Below are positions 18,008-29,866 of a stretch of DNA of 64,000 bases, one piece after another (positions within the stretch are counted from its first letter, which is position 1; each line of letters begins with the position of its first letter). The notes under the pieces were generated by a model that was given only the letters and a program-made list of their open reading frames with translations, did no database searches and had not been told where the DNA came from. The stretch lies in NCBI GenBank assembly GCA_963832165.1, contig CAWHTE010000004.1, positions 352,001-416,000 on the forward strand, in the 5' to 3' direction. A program made the position numbers and the translations under genes. Source of the stretch: an uncultured delta proteobacterium (lineage in GTDB: Bacteria; Myxococcota_A; UBA9160; SMWR01).

Positions 18008-18337
18008 CTAGTGGCGCCGGTGACTGCGGAGGATGTAGTGGTCGCCCTGCAGCTCGCCGAACACCTCCGACACCTGCGGATGGCGCACCGGCTTGCCGGA
18101 CTCGTCGGGGAGCAGGTTCTGTTCGGAGACGTAGGCGACGTAGGTCGTCTGCTCGTTCTCGGCCAGCAGGTGGTAGTAGGGCTGGTCCTTGCGCGGACGG
18201 ATCGCCTCGGGAATCGCGAGCCACCACTCCTCGGTGTTGGAGAAGGTGGGATCCACGTCGAAGATCACCCCGCGGAACGGGTAGACGCGGTGCCGGACGA
18301 TCTGCCCGATGGCGAATTTCGCATCGCGCGGGTCCAT
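18008..18337 (-). CDS. hspQ: Heat shock protein HspQ (YccV-like)
   Basis: AKFAIGQIVRHR..FRGVIFDVDP.F...RPRKDQPYYHLLAEN...AYVSEQNL. Confidence 0.92.
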   Translation of the reverse strand: MDPRDAKFAIGQIVRHRVYPFRGVIFDVDPTFSNTEEWWLAIPEAIRPRKDQPYYHLLAENEQTTYVAYVSEQNLLPDESGKPVRHPQVSEVFGELQGDHYILRSHRRH

Positions 18338-18388
18338 GGTCGCGCCGAACCTCCGCGGGACAGAGTAGCTCGTCTATGCTCGGAGCCG

Positions 18389-18883
18389 ATGCGGAGAGAG
18401 TTGCGCGTGCAGTTCATCCACGGGCTCGAGTCGAGTCCGCAGGGCGCGAAAGCGCAGCTGTTCGCGCAACACTTCGACGCCCGCACGCCTGCGATGGACA
18501 CACGCAACTTCGAGGCGAGTGTGCAGGTGCAGTCGACCGCGCTGCGCGAGTTCGAACCGCACGTGCTCGTCGGCTCGTCGTACGGCGGAGCGATCGCGGT
18601 CGATCTGCTGCAGCGCGGCGTCTGGCGCGGTCCGACGCTGCTGCTCGCGCAGGCCGCGCTGCGGCGCGGGATGCCCGCGGTGCTACCGCAGGGCGTCACG
18701 ATCTGGCTCGTGCACGGCACGCGCGACGAGATCATCGACATCGAGGACAGCCGGGTGCTCGCGCGGTCCGGATCCCCCGATCGCGTGCGGCTGATCGAGG
18801 TGGACGACGTCCACTCGCTGCACACGACCGTCGAGGACGGCCGGCTCGTGGCCTGGGTCGAGGCGCTCGCCGACGCGGGTTAG
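18389..18883 (+). CDS. Small alpha/beta hydrolase (YqiA-like)
   Basis: FIHGLESSP, LVGSSYGG, VHGTRDEII, DDVHSL. Confidence 0.8.
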   Translation: MRRELRVQFIHGLESSPQGAKAQLFAQHFDARTPAMDTRNFEASVQVQSTALREFEPHVLVGSSYGGAIAVDLLQRGVWRGPTLLLAQAALRRGMPAVLPQGVTIWLVHGTRDEIIDIEDSRVLARSGSPDRVRLIEVDDVHSLHTTVEDGRLVAWVEALADAG

Positions 18884-19051
18884 GCGAAGCGCGGCCGGTG
18901 GCCGGAGTCGAGCCCGCGGGGCGCATTGCCGCGGGCCGGAATTCACCGCGAGTTCGGACCCTTCGGGTCTTTCGCTGCGTGGCCTCGAGGTCAACTCGTG
19001 CGGCTGTTCTGCCGATGTACGGGGCGTCGGGCACCCGACGGTGGGGCAGAC

Positions 19052-20842
<1,791 letters not shown>

Positions 20843-21006
20843 TCGATCCGGTCCGCGCGCTCGGGGCTGCTCGTTCGCACTATGATTGCGCCGGAGAGTA
20901 CGCGCTGAGCACGCGGCGGTTCCGCGCGCGCGACTACGAGATCGTCGACTTTTCTTGACGGAGGCTTGACGGAGATCGAGCGCCATCTGCCGATGCGGAG
21001 AGGCGC

Positions 21007-24000
21007 ATGGTCTCGGCAACGACCCGTCGACGCATCGAGGCGCCCGGCCCACTCCCGGGCCTCGCGCGCGGGCTCGTGCTCGCGGCCGCCTGTTTTGCGG
21101 CCGGAAAGCTCTCGCTGCTGCTCGCGATCCCGCCCGGCTATGCCACGGCCGTCTGGCCCGCGGCCGGGATCGCGCTCGCGGGGGTGCTGCTCTGGGGGCC
21201 GGTCGCGGTGCTCGGGGTGGGGCTCGGCTCGTTCCTGACCCACATCGCAGCCTCGGGTGCCGCCGCGGACGATGCGCGCGGGGTTGCGATCGCGGCGGCG
21301 ATCGCGTTCGGCGCCGCGCTGCAGGCGCTCGTGGGGAGCATCCTGATCCGCCGCACGGTCGGATCCGTGCCTCCGCTCGTGCGCGATGGCGAGATCATCC
21401 GCTTCGTCGTGCTCGGCGGGCCGATCGCCTGCGTGGTCCGGGCGACCTGCGGCGTGGCGGCGCTCGTGGTTTCCGGTGTCGACTCGCCCGACGCGGCTGC
21501 GTTCAGCTGGTTCACCTGGTGGATCGGCGACACGATCGGCGTGCTGATCTTCGCCCCGCTGATCCTGTTGCCGTTTGCGCCGCCTGCCGAGGCGCGGCGG
21601 CGCTGGCTCTCGGTGGGGGGGCCGCTCCTGGCCACGTTCGCGACGACCGTCGCGGTCTTCGTCTATGCGAGGCACTGGGAGAGCACGCGCGCGCGCCACG
21701 ATTTCGAGCGACACGCCGAGAACCTCTCGCGCGCGATCGAGGTGGACGTCGCGGACTACGTCGCCGTGCTGCGATCCGTCGTCGCACTCTTCGCGGGCTC
21801 CCACACCGTGGAGCGCAGCGAGTTCGGTGCGTTCGTGAACGGGCTTCTGGCGCAGCACCCCGGAATGCACGGGCTCTCGTGGAACGCGCGTGTCTCGGCG
21901 GACGAGCGCGAGGCGTTCGAGCGGTCCGTACGCAGCGAGGGATTCCCGCACTTCCAGATCACCGAGCGGGACGCACAGCACAGGCTCGTGCCGGCAGCGA
22001 GGCGCAGCGAATACGTGCCGGTCACCTATGTCGAGCCCGAGCCCGCCAACGAGCGGGCGCTGGGCTTCGACACGGCGTCGAGTAGCGAGCGCCGCCACCT
22101 CCAGGCCCAGGCACGCGACAGCGGTGAGCTGGCCGTGATCGCGCGAGTGCGCCTCGTGCAACAGCAGGACGAAGGCGTGAGCGCGCTGCTGTGCGTGCCG
22201 GTGTTCCGCAATGGAAGGCCGCATGCGACGATCGAGGAGCGCCGCGCCAACGTGCAGGGTTACCTCGCGGGTCTGCTGCGGATCGACGACATGGTCGCCA
22301 CCGCACTGCGCGGCGCGGATCTCGAAGGGGTCGTGCTGCGCATCGAAGACGACCGCGCGCCCGCCGAGGCGCGCCTGCTCTGGGGTACGCCCGGCGGTGC
22401 CGATCCGGACGAATTCGCGTACCACCGCTCGCTCGAATCCGCGGGGCTGCGATGGAGCCTTCACGTGGAGCGCGACACCCGCTATCTGGTCGCGCACCGC
22501 AGTCTCAGCTCGTGGTTCGTGCTGCTGGGCGGCCTCCTGCTCGACAGCCTGCTCGGGACGTTCCTGCTCATGATGACCGGGCGCACCGCGCGCATCGAAT
22601 CACTCGTCTCGGAGCGCACGCAGCAGCTCTCGCTCGCGATGGACGCGCTGGAGCAGGAGCTGCTCGACGGCGAGCTCGTGCAACACGCGTTGCGCTCCTC
22701 CGAGAACCAGCTCCGCTCCGTCACGGAATCGGCGAACGACGCGATCATCATCGCGAACGCCGACGGGCGGATCCTGCGCTGGAACTTCGCGGCCGAGCGC
22801 TGCTTCGGATACAGCGAGCAGGAGGCGATCGGCGTGTCCGTGAGCATGCTGGTTCCCGAGCGGCTCCGCGGCGCACACGAGGCCGGCATGGCGCGGCTGC
22901 GTGCAGGCGAAGTGCCGGGTCTGGTCGACCGCACGCTCGAGGTGCGCGGGCTGCGCAAAGACGCCGCGGAGATGCCGCTCGAGATCTCGCTGTCCACCTG
23001 GTGCTCCGACGACGGAACGTATTTCTGCGCAATCGTCCGCGACATCCGCGAGCGCCACCGCGCGGCGTTGGAGCTCCAGCGCGCGAAGGAAGCCGCCGAG
23101 GCGGGCAACCGCGCGAAAGGGGACTTCCTGGCCAACATGAGCCACGAAATCCGCACACCCATGAATGCGGTGATCGGCATGACGGGGCTCTTGCGCGCGA
23201 CGCAACTCGATCCACGGCAGCGCGAGTTCGTCGAGACGATCCGGCTCAGCGGTGAGCACCTGCTCACCGTCATCAACGAGATCCTCGACCTCTCCAAGAT
23301 CGAGGCGGGCCACCTCGACCTCGAGATGAGCCGCTTCGACGTGCGCCGCTTCGTAGCGGAGACGCTGGAGCTGATCGCGCCGCGCGCGGTGGAGAAAGGG
23401 CTCGCGCTGCGCCACCGCGTCGAGGCGGCGGTTCCCGCGGTGATCTCCACAGACGCGGGGCGCCTGCGCCAGGTGCTCGTGAATCTGCTCGGCAACGCAG
23501 TGAAGTTCACCGAACGAGGCGGCGTCGAGGTCGAGCTCCAGGCGCGCGCTCTCGAGAGCGCCGACGCGGAGCGCGGCCGCTGCGAGCTGCACTTCCTCGT
23601 GCGGGATACCGGCTTCGGGATCCGCGGCGAGCAGGTCGAGCGGCTGTTCGAGCCGTTCACGCAGGCCGACGCGTCGGTGACCCGGCGATTCGGGGGAACC
23701 GGCCTCGGGCTCACAATCTCGAAGCGTTTGTGCGAGCGGCTCGGGGGCCGGATCTGGGTGGAGAGCGAAGTGAGCCGCGGCTCCACGTTCCACTTCACGA
23801 TCGCCGCGGATCTCGTGGCGCCGCTCGATGCCGTGGTGGCGGAACCCGCGCCCGCGCGGCCGGAGCCGGTCGTGCGGCGCGCAACGGCGGCCCACTGCTC
23901 GATCCTGCTCGCCGAGGACAATTCCGTGAACCAGAAGGTCGCGAAGCTGATCCTCGAGCAGCTCGGCTATTCGGATGTGGACACGGTGGGCAACGGCATC

Positions 24001-24645
24001 GAGGTGATCGCCGCGCTCGAACGCCGGAGCTACGACATCGTGATCATGGACGTGCAGATGCCGGACATGGACGGCATCGACGCCACGCGCTGGATCCGCG
24101 GGCGCTGGAAGCGCGCGCCCAAGATCATCGCGTTGACGGCGCACGCGCTGTCGGGGGACCGGGAGCGGTGCATCCAGGCGGGCATGGACGGCTACCTCAC
24201 GAAGCCGATTCAGGCCGCCGAGCTCGAGGCGGAGCTCTTGCGGCTCGACGCCGAGGCGACCGGGGCCCCGCGCGTTCGCGTGCCCGACGCGCGTCGGCGG
24301 CTGGCGCCGCTCCACGCGCAGATCGCAGACCTGCGCGTGGTCTCGGAGATCGTGGACGAGTTCGCAGCCGAGGCGAGAGGCGCAGAAGCGCTGCTGCACG
24401 CCGCGTTCGCGCAGCGCGACGCGAAATCGGCGCGCCGGCTCGCACACACGCTCGGCTCCACCGCGGCGCTCGTGGGCGCGGGCGAGCTGTCGCTTCTCGC
24501 GCGCGAGATCGAACGGCTCGCGATGGCCGAGGACACGGCGGGCGCGCTCGCGCGGATGCGCGGGCTCGCGGAGGCGGTCGAGCACGCGCTCGGCGCAGTG
24601 ATCGCCGAGCGGGATGCGCTGGTGGGCGAGGGCGAGGCCGCGTAG
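21007..24645 (+). CDS. Hybrid histidine kinase MASE1-CHASE-PAS-HisKA-HATPase-REC-Hpt
   Basis: VWPAAGIA and WWIGDTIG (MASE1), YVPVTYVEP..N..ALGFD (CHASE), WN.AAE..FGYS (PAS), MSHEIRTPMN, MDVQMP, AHTLGS (Hpt). Confidence 0.93.
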   Translation: MVSATTRRRIEAPGPLPGLARGLVLAAACFAAGKLSLLLAIPPGYATAVWPAAGIALAGVLLWGPVAVLGVGLGSFLTHIAASGAAADDARGVAIAAAIAFGAALQALVGSILIRRTVGSVPPLVRDGEIIRFVVLGGPIACVVRATCGVAALVVSGVDSPDAAAFSWFTWWIGDTIGVLIFAPLILLPFAPPAEARRRWLSVGGPLLATFATTVAVFVYARHWESTRARHDFERHAENLSRAIEVDVADYVAVLRSVVALFAGSHTVERSEFGAFVNGLLAQHPGMHGLSWNARVSADEREAFERSVRSEGFPHFQITERDAQHRLVPAARRSEYVPVTYVEPEPANERALGFDTASSSERRHLQAQARDSGELAVIARVRLVQQQDEGVSALLCVPVFRNGRPHATIEERRANVQGYLAGLLRIDDMVATALRGADLEGVVLRIEDDRAPAEARLLWGTPGGADPDEFAYHRSLESAGLRWSLHVERDTRYLVAHRSLSSWFVLLGGLLLDSLLGTFLLMMTGRTARIESLVSERTQQLSLAMDALEQELLDGELVQHALRSSENQLRSVTESANDAIIIANADGRILRWNFAAERCFGYSEQEAIGVSVSMLVPERLRGAHEAGMARLRAGEVPGLVDRTLEVRGLRKDAAEMPLEISLSTWCSDDGTYFCAIVRDIRERHRAALELQRAKEAAEAGNRAKGDFLANMSHEIRTPMNAVIGMTGLLRATQLDPRQREFVETIRLSGEHLLTVINEILDLSKIEAGHLDLEMSRFDVRRFVAETLELIAPRAVEKGLALRHRVEAAVPAVISTDAGRLRQVLVNLLGNAVKFTERGGVEVELQARALESADAERGRCELHFLVRDTGFGIRGEQVERLFEPFTQADASVTRRFGGTGLGLTISKRLCERLGGRIWVESEVSRGSTFHFTIAADLVAPLDAVVAEPAPARPEPVVRRATAAHCSILLAEDNSVNQKVAKLILEQLGYSDVDTVGNGIEVIAALERRSYDIVIMDVQMPDMDGIDATRWIRGRWKRAPKIIALTAHALSGDRERCIQAGMDGYLTKPIQAAELEAELLRLDAEATGAPRVRVPDARRRLAPLHAQIADLRVVSEIVDEFAAEARGAEALLHAAFAQRDAKSARRLAHTLGSTAALVGAGELSLLAREIERLAMAEDTAGALARMRGLAEAVEHALGAVIAERDALVGEGEAA

Positions 24646-24657
24646 GCGCGCGCCGTC

Positions 24658-25053
24658 TCAGGCGAGCAGGCGCTCCACGAAGTCGGCACAGCTCGCGAGC
24701 TCGAACGGCTTCTGCAGGAACGAGCAGTTCTCGCCGTGCGGCGGGCGAATCGGCATCGCCGACGTCATCGCGACGCGCGCCTGGGGCTGCAGCTTGCGGC
24801 ACTCGCTGAGCACGGCCCATCCGTTGCAGTCCTCGAGCATGTAGTCTGCGAGCACCGCGTCGAACTGGCAGCTCTGGAGTGCGAGCCGCGCGCTGGCCGC
24901 GTCGGAAGCCCACTGGATCGCCGCGTCCGGAATGGCCTCGTGTACGGCGCACTGGATCAGGTTCCAGCTCTCGACGTCATCCTCCACGATCAGGATGCGC
25001 GGGTGCTTGCGCGGTGCCTGCAGATCGTCGAAGGGGGTTGCGATTGCCAGCAT
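24658..25053 (-). CDS. Single-domain response regulator
   Basis: ILIVEDD, LADYML, MTSA, LQKPF. Confidence 0.8.
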   Translation of the reverse strand: MLAIATPFDDLQAPRKHPRILIVEDDVESWNLIQCAVHEAIPDAAIQWASDAASARLALQSCQFDAVLADYMLEDCNGWAVLSECRKLQPQARVAMTSAMPIRPPHGENCSFLQKPFELASCADFVERLLA

Positions 25054-25193
25054 GATTCGGTCTCCGTGCTGGTCTTCCCGTTTGGCCTTACGGCTCCTAA
25101 CGTTCACCCGAGGTCGCCGCGTCGAGGAGTTTTCTGAATACACTGGAGCGGGCTCAACTCGGCCTCGGCGTGCGTCGATTCGACAAAACGGCC

Positions 25194-27461
25194 ATGAACG
25201 AACCCTGCATCCTGCTCGTGGAGGACTCCCCGCCCCACGCAACGGTGGCCAAGTACGCGCTGGCGGCCGCGGGCGTGCGCGTGGAGCACTGCGTCACGCT
25301 CGCAGCGGCGCTCGAGCGCCTCGCCAACCCCGATCTCGCGCGCCCGACCGCGGTCGTGCTCGATCTCACGCTGCCCGATTCGAGCGGGATCGAGACCTTC
25401 GAGCGCGTAGCTGCACTCGGAGCACCGCCGGTCGTGGTGCTCTCGGCCGACGACGATCCGGCCCAGGCGCTCGCGCTGATCGACCGCGGCGCGCAGGACT
25501 ACCTCGTGAAGGGCGAGAACACCGGGCCCGCGATCGCGCGCGCAGTGCGCCAGGCGATCGAGCGCGGCCGGCTCCAGGAAGAGCAGCGCCGTGCGCGCGA
25601 GAAGGCCGAGGCCGCGGTGCGCGCGCAGCGCGCGTTCGTGGCCGCGATGAGCCACGAGGTGCGCACGCCGCTCAACGCGATTCTCGGCATGTCGGAGCTG
25701 CTCGCGCAGACGGAGCTGACTCCCGATCAACGCGAGTACGTCGAGATCGCGCGGCGCTGTGGGCGTGCGCTCCAGGGCCTGCTCGACAACGCGCTCGAGC
25801 TCTCGCGCCTGGAAGGTGGCGGGATCGAGATCGCGCACGAGCCCTTCGAGCTCGAGGCGGTCATTCACGAGTGCCTCGAGGCATTCTCGTTCGCTGCGCA
25901 TCAGAAGGGCGTCGCGCTGGTCGCGGACCTCCTCGACGATGCGGTTGGAACGGTGGTCGGCGACGAGAACCGCGTGCGCCAGGTGCTGTTCAACCTGGTC
26001 GGCAACGCGGTCAAGTTCACCGAGCACGGCCGGGTGTCGGTGAGCGCGTGGCTGGCGGCCGAGCAGCTCGTGATCGCCGTCTCCGACACCGGGATCGGCA
26101 TCGCTCGGGACCGCCAGGCCGCGATTTTCGAGCGCTTCGTCCAGGCGGAGTCGGGCACGACCCGGCGCTTCGGCGGCAGCGGCCTCGGTCTCGCGCTGTG
26201 CCGCGAGATGGTCGGCGCGATGGGCGGTGAGATCCACGTGGAGAGCGAATCGGGTGCGGGCAGCGTCTTCCAGGTGACGCTGCCCTGGCGCGTGCACGTG
26301 CGCGCGTGCGCGCCGACGCTCGCCGATCAGCAGATCCTCGTGCTCGTGGCGGATCCGGTCGAGCGCAAGTCGCTCGTGGCGCGGATGCAGAAGCGCGGTG
26401 CGCAGGTGTACGAGGCGCCGACGCTCGCGGAAGCCGAGCGCTGGATCGGCTCGGGCGCGCGCATCGATGCGGCGCTGATCGATGCACGCGTGCCCGACGG
26501 CGATGGGCTCGAGCTGCTCGAACGCGTCGCGAGCGGCGTGCGCGCCAGCTTCCGGCGCATCGCGCTCTTGCCGATGAACCACCGGGTCGGCGACCTCTCG
26601 CGCTGCGAGGCGATCGGAGCGGCTGCGCTGGGCAAGCCCGCGCGCTGGGAGGCGCTCGAGCGCGCGCTGCGCGATGGGCACGCCGCGACGGGTGCCGTCG
26701 CGGCGGGTGCGCCGCCGTCGTTCGCGGGCGTCGCGATCCTCCTGGCCGAGGATGCACCCGAGAATCAGGCGGTCGTGCGCGCGCATCTGCGCGAGACCGG
26801 CTGCGTCGTGGAGGTCGCCGTCGACGGCGACCAGACGTTCGATCGGTGGCGGCGCGGAGACTTCGATCTCGTGCTGATGGACGTGCACATGCCGGGCACC
26901 GACGGCGTCGAGGCGACGCGCCGGATCCGCGCGGAGGAGCGCCGCACGGGTCGGCGCCCGATCCCGATCATCGCGCTCTCCGCCGACACGCAGGAGGAGC
27001 AGCGCGAGGCGTGCCTCGCGGCGGGCTGCGATGCCCACCTCGAGAAGCCGTTCGCGCAGCGCGACCTGTTCGCGACGCTGCAGCGCTTCCTGCGCGGATC
27101 CGCGACGGCGGCCGCCGCTCCGGAGGCCGAGGTCGAGGCGCCCGCGCAGATCCCGCCCGACCTCGCCGACCTGGCCGAGGAGTACCTGTCGAACCGCTGC
27201 GGAGACGCGACTGCGCTGCTCGAGGCCGCGCGCGCGAAGGACTTTGCCCAGGCGAAGCGGCGCGGGCACAACATGAAGGGCTCCGGGGCGGGCTACGGCT
27301 TCCCGCGCGTGTCGGAGCTCGGCGCGCGGATCGAGCGCGCGGCCGAGGCCGGCGACGCGGAAGCGATCGAGCGCTGGGCGGAGGCGCTCTCCGAGTACGC
27401 CGAGCGGCAGCTCGGCGAGCTTCCTCAGGCTCCGCCGCGCACCGACTCGACCATGCGGTAG
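25194..27461 (+). CDS. Cytoplasmic hybrid kinase REC-HisKA-HATPase-REC-REC-Hpt
   Basis: LLVEDS/LDLTLPD, MSHEVRTPLN, FGGSGLGL, MDVHMP, GHNMKGSG. Confidence 0.92.
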   Translation: MNEPCILLVEDSPPHATVAKYALAAAGVRVEHCVTLAAALERLANPDLARPTAVVLDLTLPDSSGIETFERVAALGAPPVVVLSADDDPAQALALIDRGAQDYLVKGENTGPAIARAVRQAIERGRLQEEQRRAREKAEAAVRAQRAFVAAMSHEVRTPLNAILGMSELLAQTELTPDQREYVEIARRCGRALQGLLDNALELSRLEGGGIEIAHEPFELEAVIHECLEAFSFAAHQKGVALVADLLDDAVGTVVGDENRVRQVLFNLVGNAVKFTEHGRVSVSAWLAAEQLVIAVSDTGIGIARDRQAAIFERFVQAESGTTRRFGGSGLGLALCREMVGAMGGEIHVESESGAGSVFQVTLPWRVHVRACAPTLADQQILVLVADPVERKSLVARMQKRGAQVYEAPTLAEAERWIGSGARIDAALIDARVPDGDGLELLERVASGVRASFRRIALLPMNHRVGDLSRCEAIGAAALGKPARWEALERALRDGHAATGAVAAGAPPSFAGVAILLAEDAPENQAVVRAHLRETGCVVEVAVDGDQTFDRWRRGDFDLVLMDVHMPGTDGVEATRRIRAEERRTGRRPIPIIALSADTQEEQREACLAAGCDAHLEKPFAQRDLFATLQRFLRGSATAAAAPEAEVEAPAQIPPDLADLAEEYLSNRCGDATALLEAARAKDFAQAKRRGHNMKGSGAGYGFPRVSELGARIERAAEAGDAEAIERWAEALSEYAERQLGELPQAPPRTDSTMR

Positions 27462-28120
27462 CCGACGCCGCGCACGGTCTCGATCCAGTCGCGCAGCGGC
27501 CCGAGCTTGCGCCGCAGATTGCACAGATGCGTGTCGATCGTGCGCTCGGTGATCACGCAGTCGCCCACGAGCACGTGCGCGAGCTGAGAGCGCGAGAGGA
27601 CACGTCCGGGTGTCTCGGCGAGCGCGACGAGCAGGCGCAGCTCGTGGGCGGTGAGGTCGAGATCGTGCTCGACGCCGTCCTTCACGCGGTGGGCCTTGAA
27701 ACGTCCGCGGTCGATCCGCAGCGGGCCGAGCACGTGGACGGTGTTGTCCTTTTCGCCGCTGCGGCGCAGGCGCGCGGCGACGCGCGCGCGCAGCTCGGCC
27801 GCGTTGAACGGCTTGTCGACGAAGTCGTCGGCGCCGAGGCCGAACGCGGTGACCTTCGTGTCGACCGCGTTGCGCGAGCTCAGGAAGATCACGGGAATCG
27901 AGCGGGTCGTCTCGTCGCTGCGCAGCTCGGAGCACAGGACCATTCCGTCGCCATCGGGCAGGCCGATGTCGAGCAGCACGAGGTCGGGCCGCGCTTCGGC
28001 GAGTGCCGAACGCGCCTCGGCCAGCCCTTCGGCCGGGCGCACGGAATAACTCGGACCGAGCGCGCGCTCGATCAGACGCCGAGTATCGGGATCGTCCTCG
28101 ACGACCAGGATTGCGCCCAT
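27425..28120 (-). CDS. OmpR/PhoB-family response regulator
   Basis: VVEDD, LLDIGLPD, KPF, winged helix ERTIDTHLCNLRRKL..IETVRGVGY. Confidence 0.93.
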   Translation of the reverse strand: MGAILVVEDDPDTRRLIERALGPSYSVRPAEGLAEARSALAEARPDLVLLDIGLPDGDGMVLCSELRSDETTRSIPVIFLSSRNAVDTKVTAFGLGADDFVDKPFNAAELRARVAARLRRSGEKDNTVHVLGPLRIDRGRFKAHRVKDGVEHDLDLTAHELRLLVALAETPGRVLSRSQLAHVLVGDCVITERTIDTHLCNLRRKLGPLRDWIETVRGVGYRMVESVRGGA

Positions 28121-28173
28121 ACGACGCGTATCGGATTAGCGCTGGCGATGCCGTAGCGCGAGGGGTCGAGGGG

Positions 28174-29142
28174 CTAACGGCCCACTTTCGCGCTGGAATA
28201 AAATCCTACGCCCCCATGGGGAGCCGCCGCCTCCTCCCAGGCGCTGGTCGCGTTCTCGAGGAGGGTCTCGGGGTCATCGCCTTCGTCGGGGTAGAGCGAG
28301 ATTCCGACGCACGCCTCGAGCCCCATCACGACGCCGCGCTCGAGATCGATCTCGAGGCCCTGCATCACCGCGCGCAAGGCATGGGCGATCGCCGCGAGCT
28401 GGGCGCGATCGGCATCGCCCTCGAGCACGACCGCGAAGCGCGTCGCGTCGAGGCGCGCGAGCAGGTCGCCGCCGCGCACACGCAGCGCGAGGTGCTCGCC
28501 GGTGCGCGCGAGCAGCCGTTCGATCGCCTCGGGGACGAACGCCTCGCGCAGCCACTCCAGGTCGGCATACCCCGCGACCATCACGGCGACGGGTGTTCCA
28601 CGCCGCCGCGCGCGCGCGAGTGCACGCGCGAGCTGGCCGAGCAGCTCGATCTCGTCGGCGACGCCGGTCGTCCCCGATCTCGCGCCGCGCACGCCGAGAC
28701 GGCGGTGGCGCTCGATCGCGCGCAGCACGGCGCCCGGAAGCGAGAGCGCGTGCGTGCGCTGCTTGACCAGATAGTCCTCGGCCCCGCCGCGGATGGCGTC
28801 GAGCGCGAGCGCCTCGTCGTCGGTGCTCGTGAGCAGGAGGACGGGCAGGTCGCTCGCCTGCGCGCAGGCGTTCTCGAGCGTCGCGCGCCCCGTGGCGTCG
28901 GGCAGCTTCAGGTCCATCACGAGCGCGTCGTATCCGCCCCGCGCGAGCCGGTCGAGGCCCGCGCCCAGGCGCTCCTCGCGGTCCACCGCGAGCGGCGGTC
29001 GCGAGCGCCGCATCACGCGCTCGACCATGCGCGCGTACTCGGCGTCGTCTTCGACGAGCAGCACGCGGTAGCCAGCGAGCGCAGGCGAATCCGGCGCGGG
29101 CAGCGCCTCCGCAACCGGTCCGCGATCTCCGTCGGGGTCCAT
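28174..29142 (-). CDS. REC + degenerate GGDEF domain protein
   Basis: LLVEDD/MDLKLPD receiver; GGDEF-like VRGGDLLARLDATRFAVVL and VGISLYPDEGDDPETLL. Confidence 0.8.
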   Translation of the reverse strand: MDPDGDRGPVAEALPAPDSPALAGYRVLLVEDDAEYARMVERVMRRSRPPLAVDREERLGAGLDRLARGGYDALVMDLKLPDATGRATLENACAQASDLPVLLLTSTDDEALALDAIRGGAEDYLVKQRTHALSLPGAVLRAIERHRRLGVRGARSGTTGVADEIELLGQLARALARARRRGTPVAVMVAGYADLEWLREAFVPEAIERLLARTGEHLALRVRGGDLLARLDATRFAVVLEGDADRAQLAAIAHALRAVMQGLEIDLERGVVMGLEACVGISLYPDEGDDPETLLENATSAWEEAAAPHGGVGFYSSAKVGR

Positions 29143-29231
29143 GTTCGATCTCCTCGCCTCTGCTTCCCGCACATCATCGGTGCGCGCCGTGCGCGGGGCG
29201 TGGAGCGTGCGTGGAGATCTCTCGACGGGCG

Positions 29232-29864
29232 CTAGCGGGCGCGCGCGTTCCAGAGGTCGAGCAGCTCGCGCGTCGTCGTGAGCGTCGCAATCGGCGCGAG
29301 CGTGTGCTCGAACACCATCTCCACGTACTCGGCGGGGAAGCCCGCGACCGCGTCGCGCGGAATCACCATCTGGTAGCTCGCGTTCACGGCGTCGAAGGTG
29401 AGGTTCGGGATCGCGACGTTCACGGAGACGCCCACGCCCACGATCGTGGTGACGCCCTCGTTGCGCAGCACCGAATCGAGCTCGGTCCCCTGGAACGGCG
29501 ACAGGCCGTGCAGGCGGGGGATTACGAGGTCGTCGGGCTCGGCACCGATCTCCGGCGCCAGCGCGGCGGCCTCGGAGCCCGGAGCGAGCGGCCGCTCCGT
29601 GCGCGCCATGTACTGGAACAGCCGCGCGTTGCGGTTGGCGCCAAAGCCGTCGGGGCGGCGCTCGGCGGTGCAGTGGATGATCCGCACGCCAGCGCTGCGC
29701 GCGGCCGCGACGAGCTGCGCGACGTGGCGGACCATGTCCACGCGCGCCACGCCCGCGGCGAGCCCGGGCAGCGCGGACTTCTCGCCGATCACGCCCTGCT
29801 GACACTCCTGAGTGACGAGCGCGGTGTGCGCAGGATCGACGAGTGTTGCGAGGTCGAGCGGCAC
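29232..29864 (-). CDS. Isochorismatase / cysteine hydrolase family protein
   Basis: TALVTQECQ, GLSPFQGTELDSVLRNEGVTTIVGVGVS, VIPRDAVAG. Confidence 0.85.
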   Translation of the reverse strand: MPLDLATLVDPAHTALVTQECQQGVIGEKSALPGLAAGVARVDMVRHVAQLVAAARSAGVRIIHCTAERRPDGFGANRNARLFQYMARTERPLAPGSEAAALAPEIGAEPDDLVIPRLHGLSPFQGTELDSVLRNEGVTTIVGVGVSVNVAIPNLTFDAVNASYQMVIPRDAVAGFPAEYVEMVFEHTLAPIATLTTTRELLDLWNARAR

Positions 29865-29866
29865 GT

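Noticed and set aside
18890..18975. Hairpin cluster ending GACCC-TTCG-GGTC-TTT
   Set aside because: Short GC-rich stems; could be a weak terminator but not distinguishable from chance
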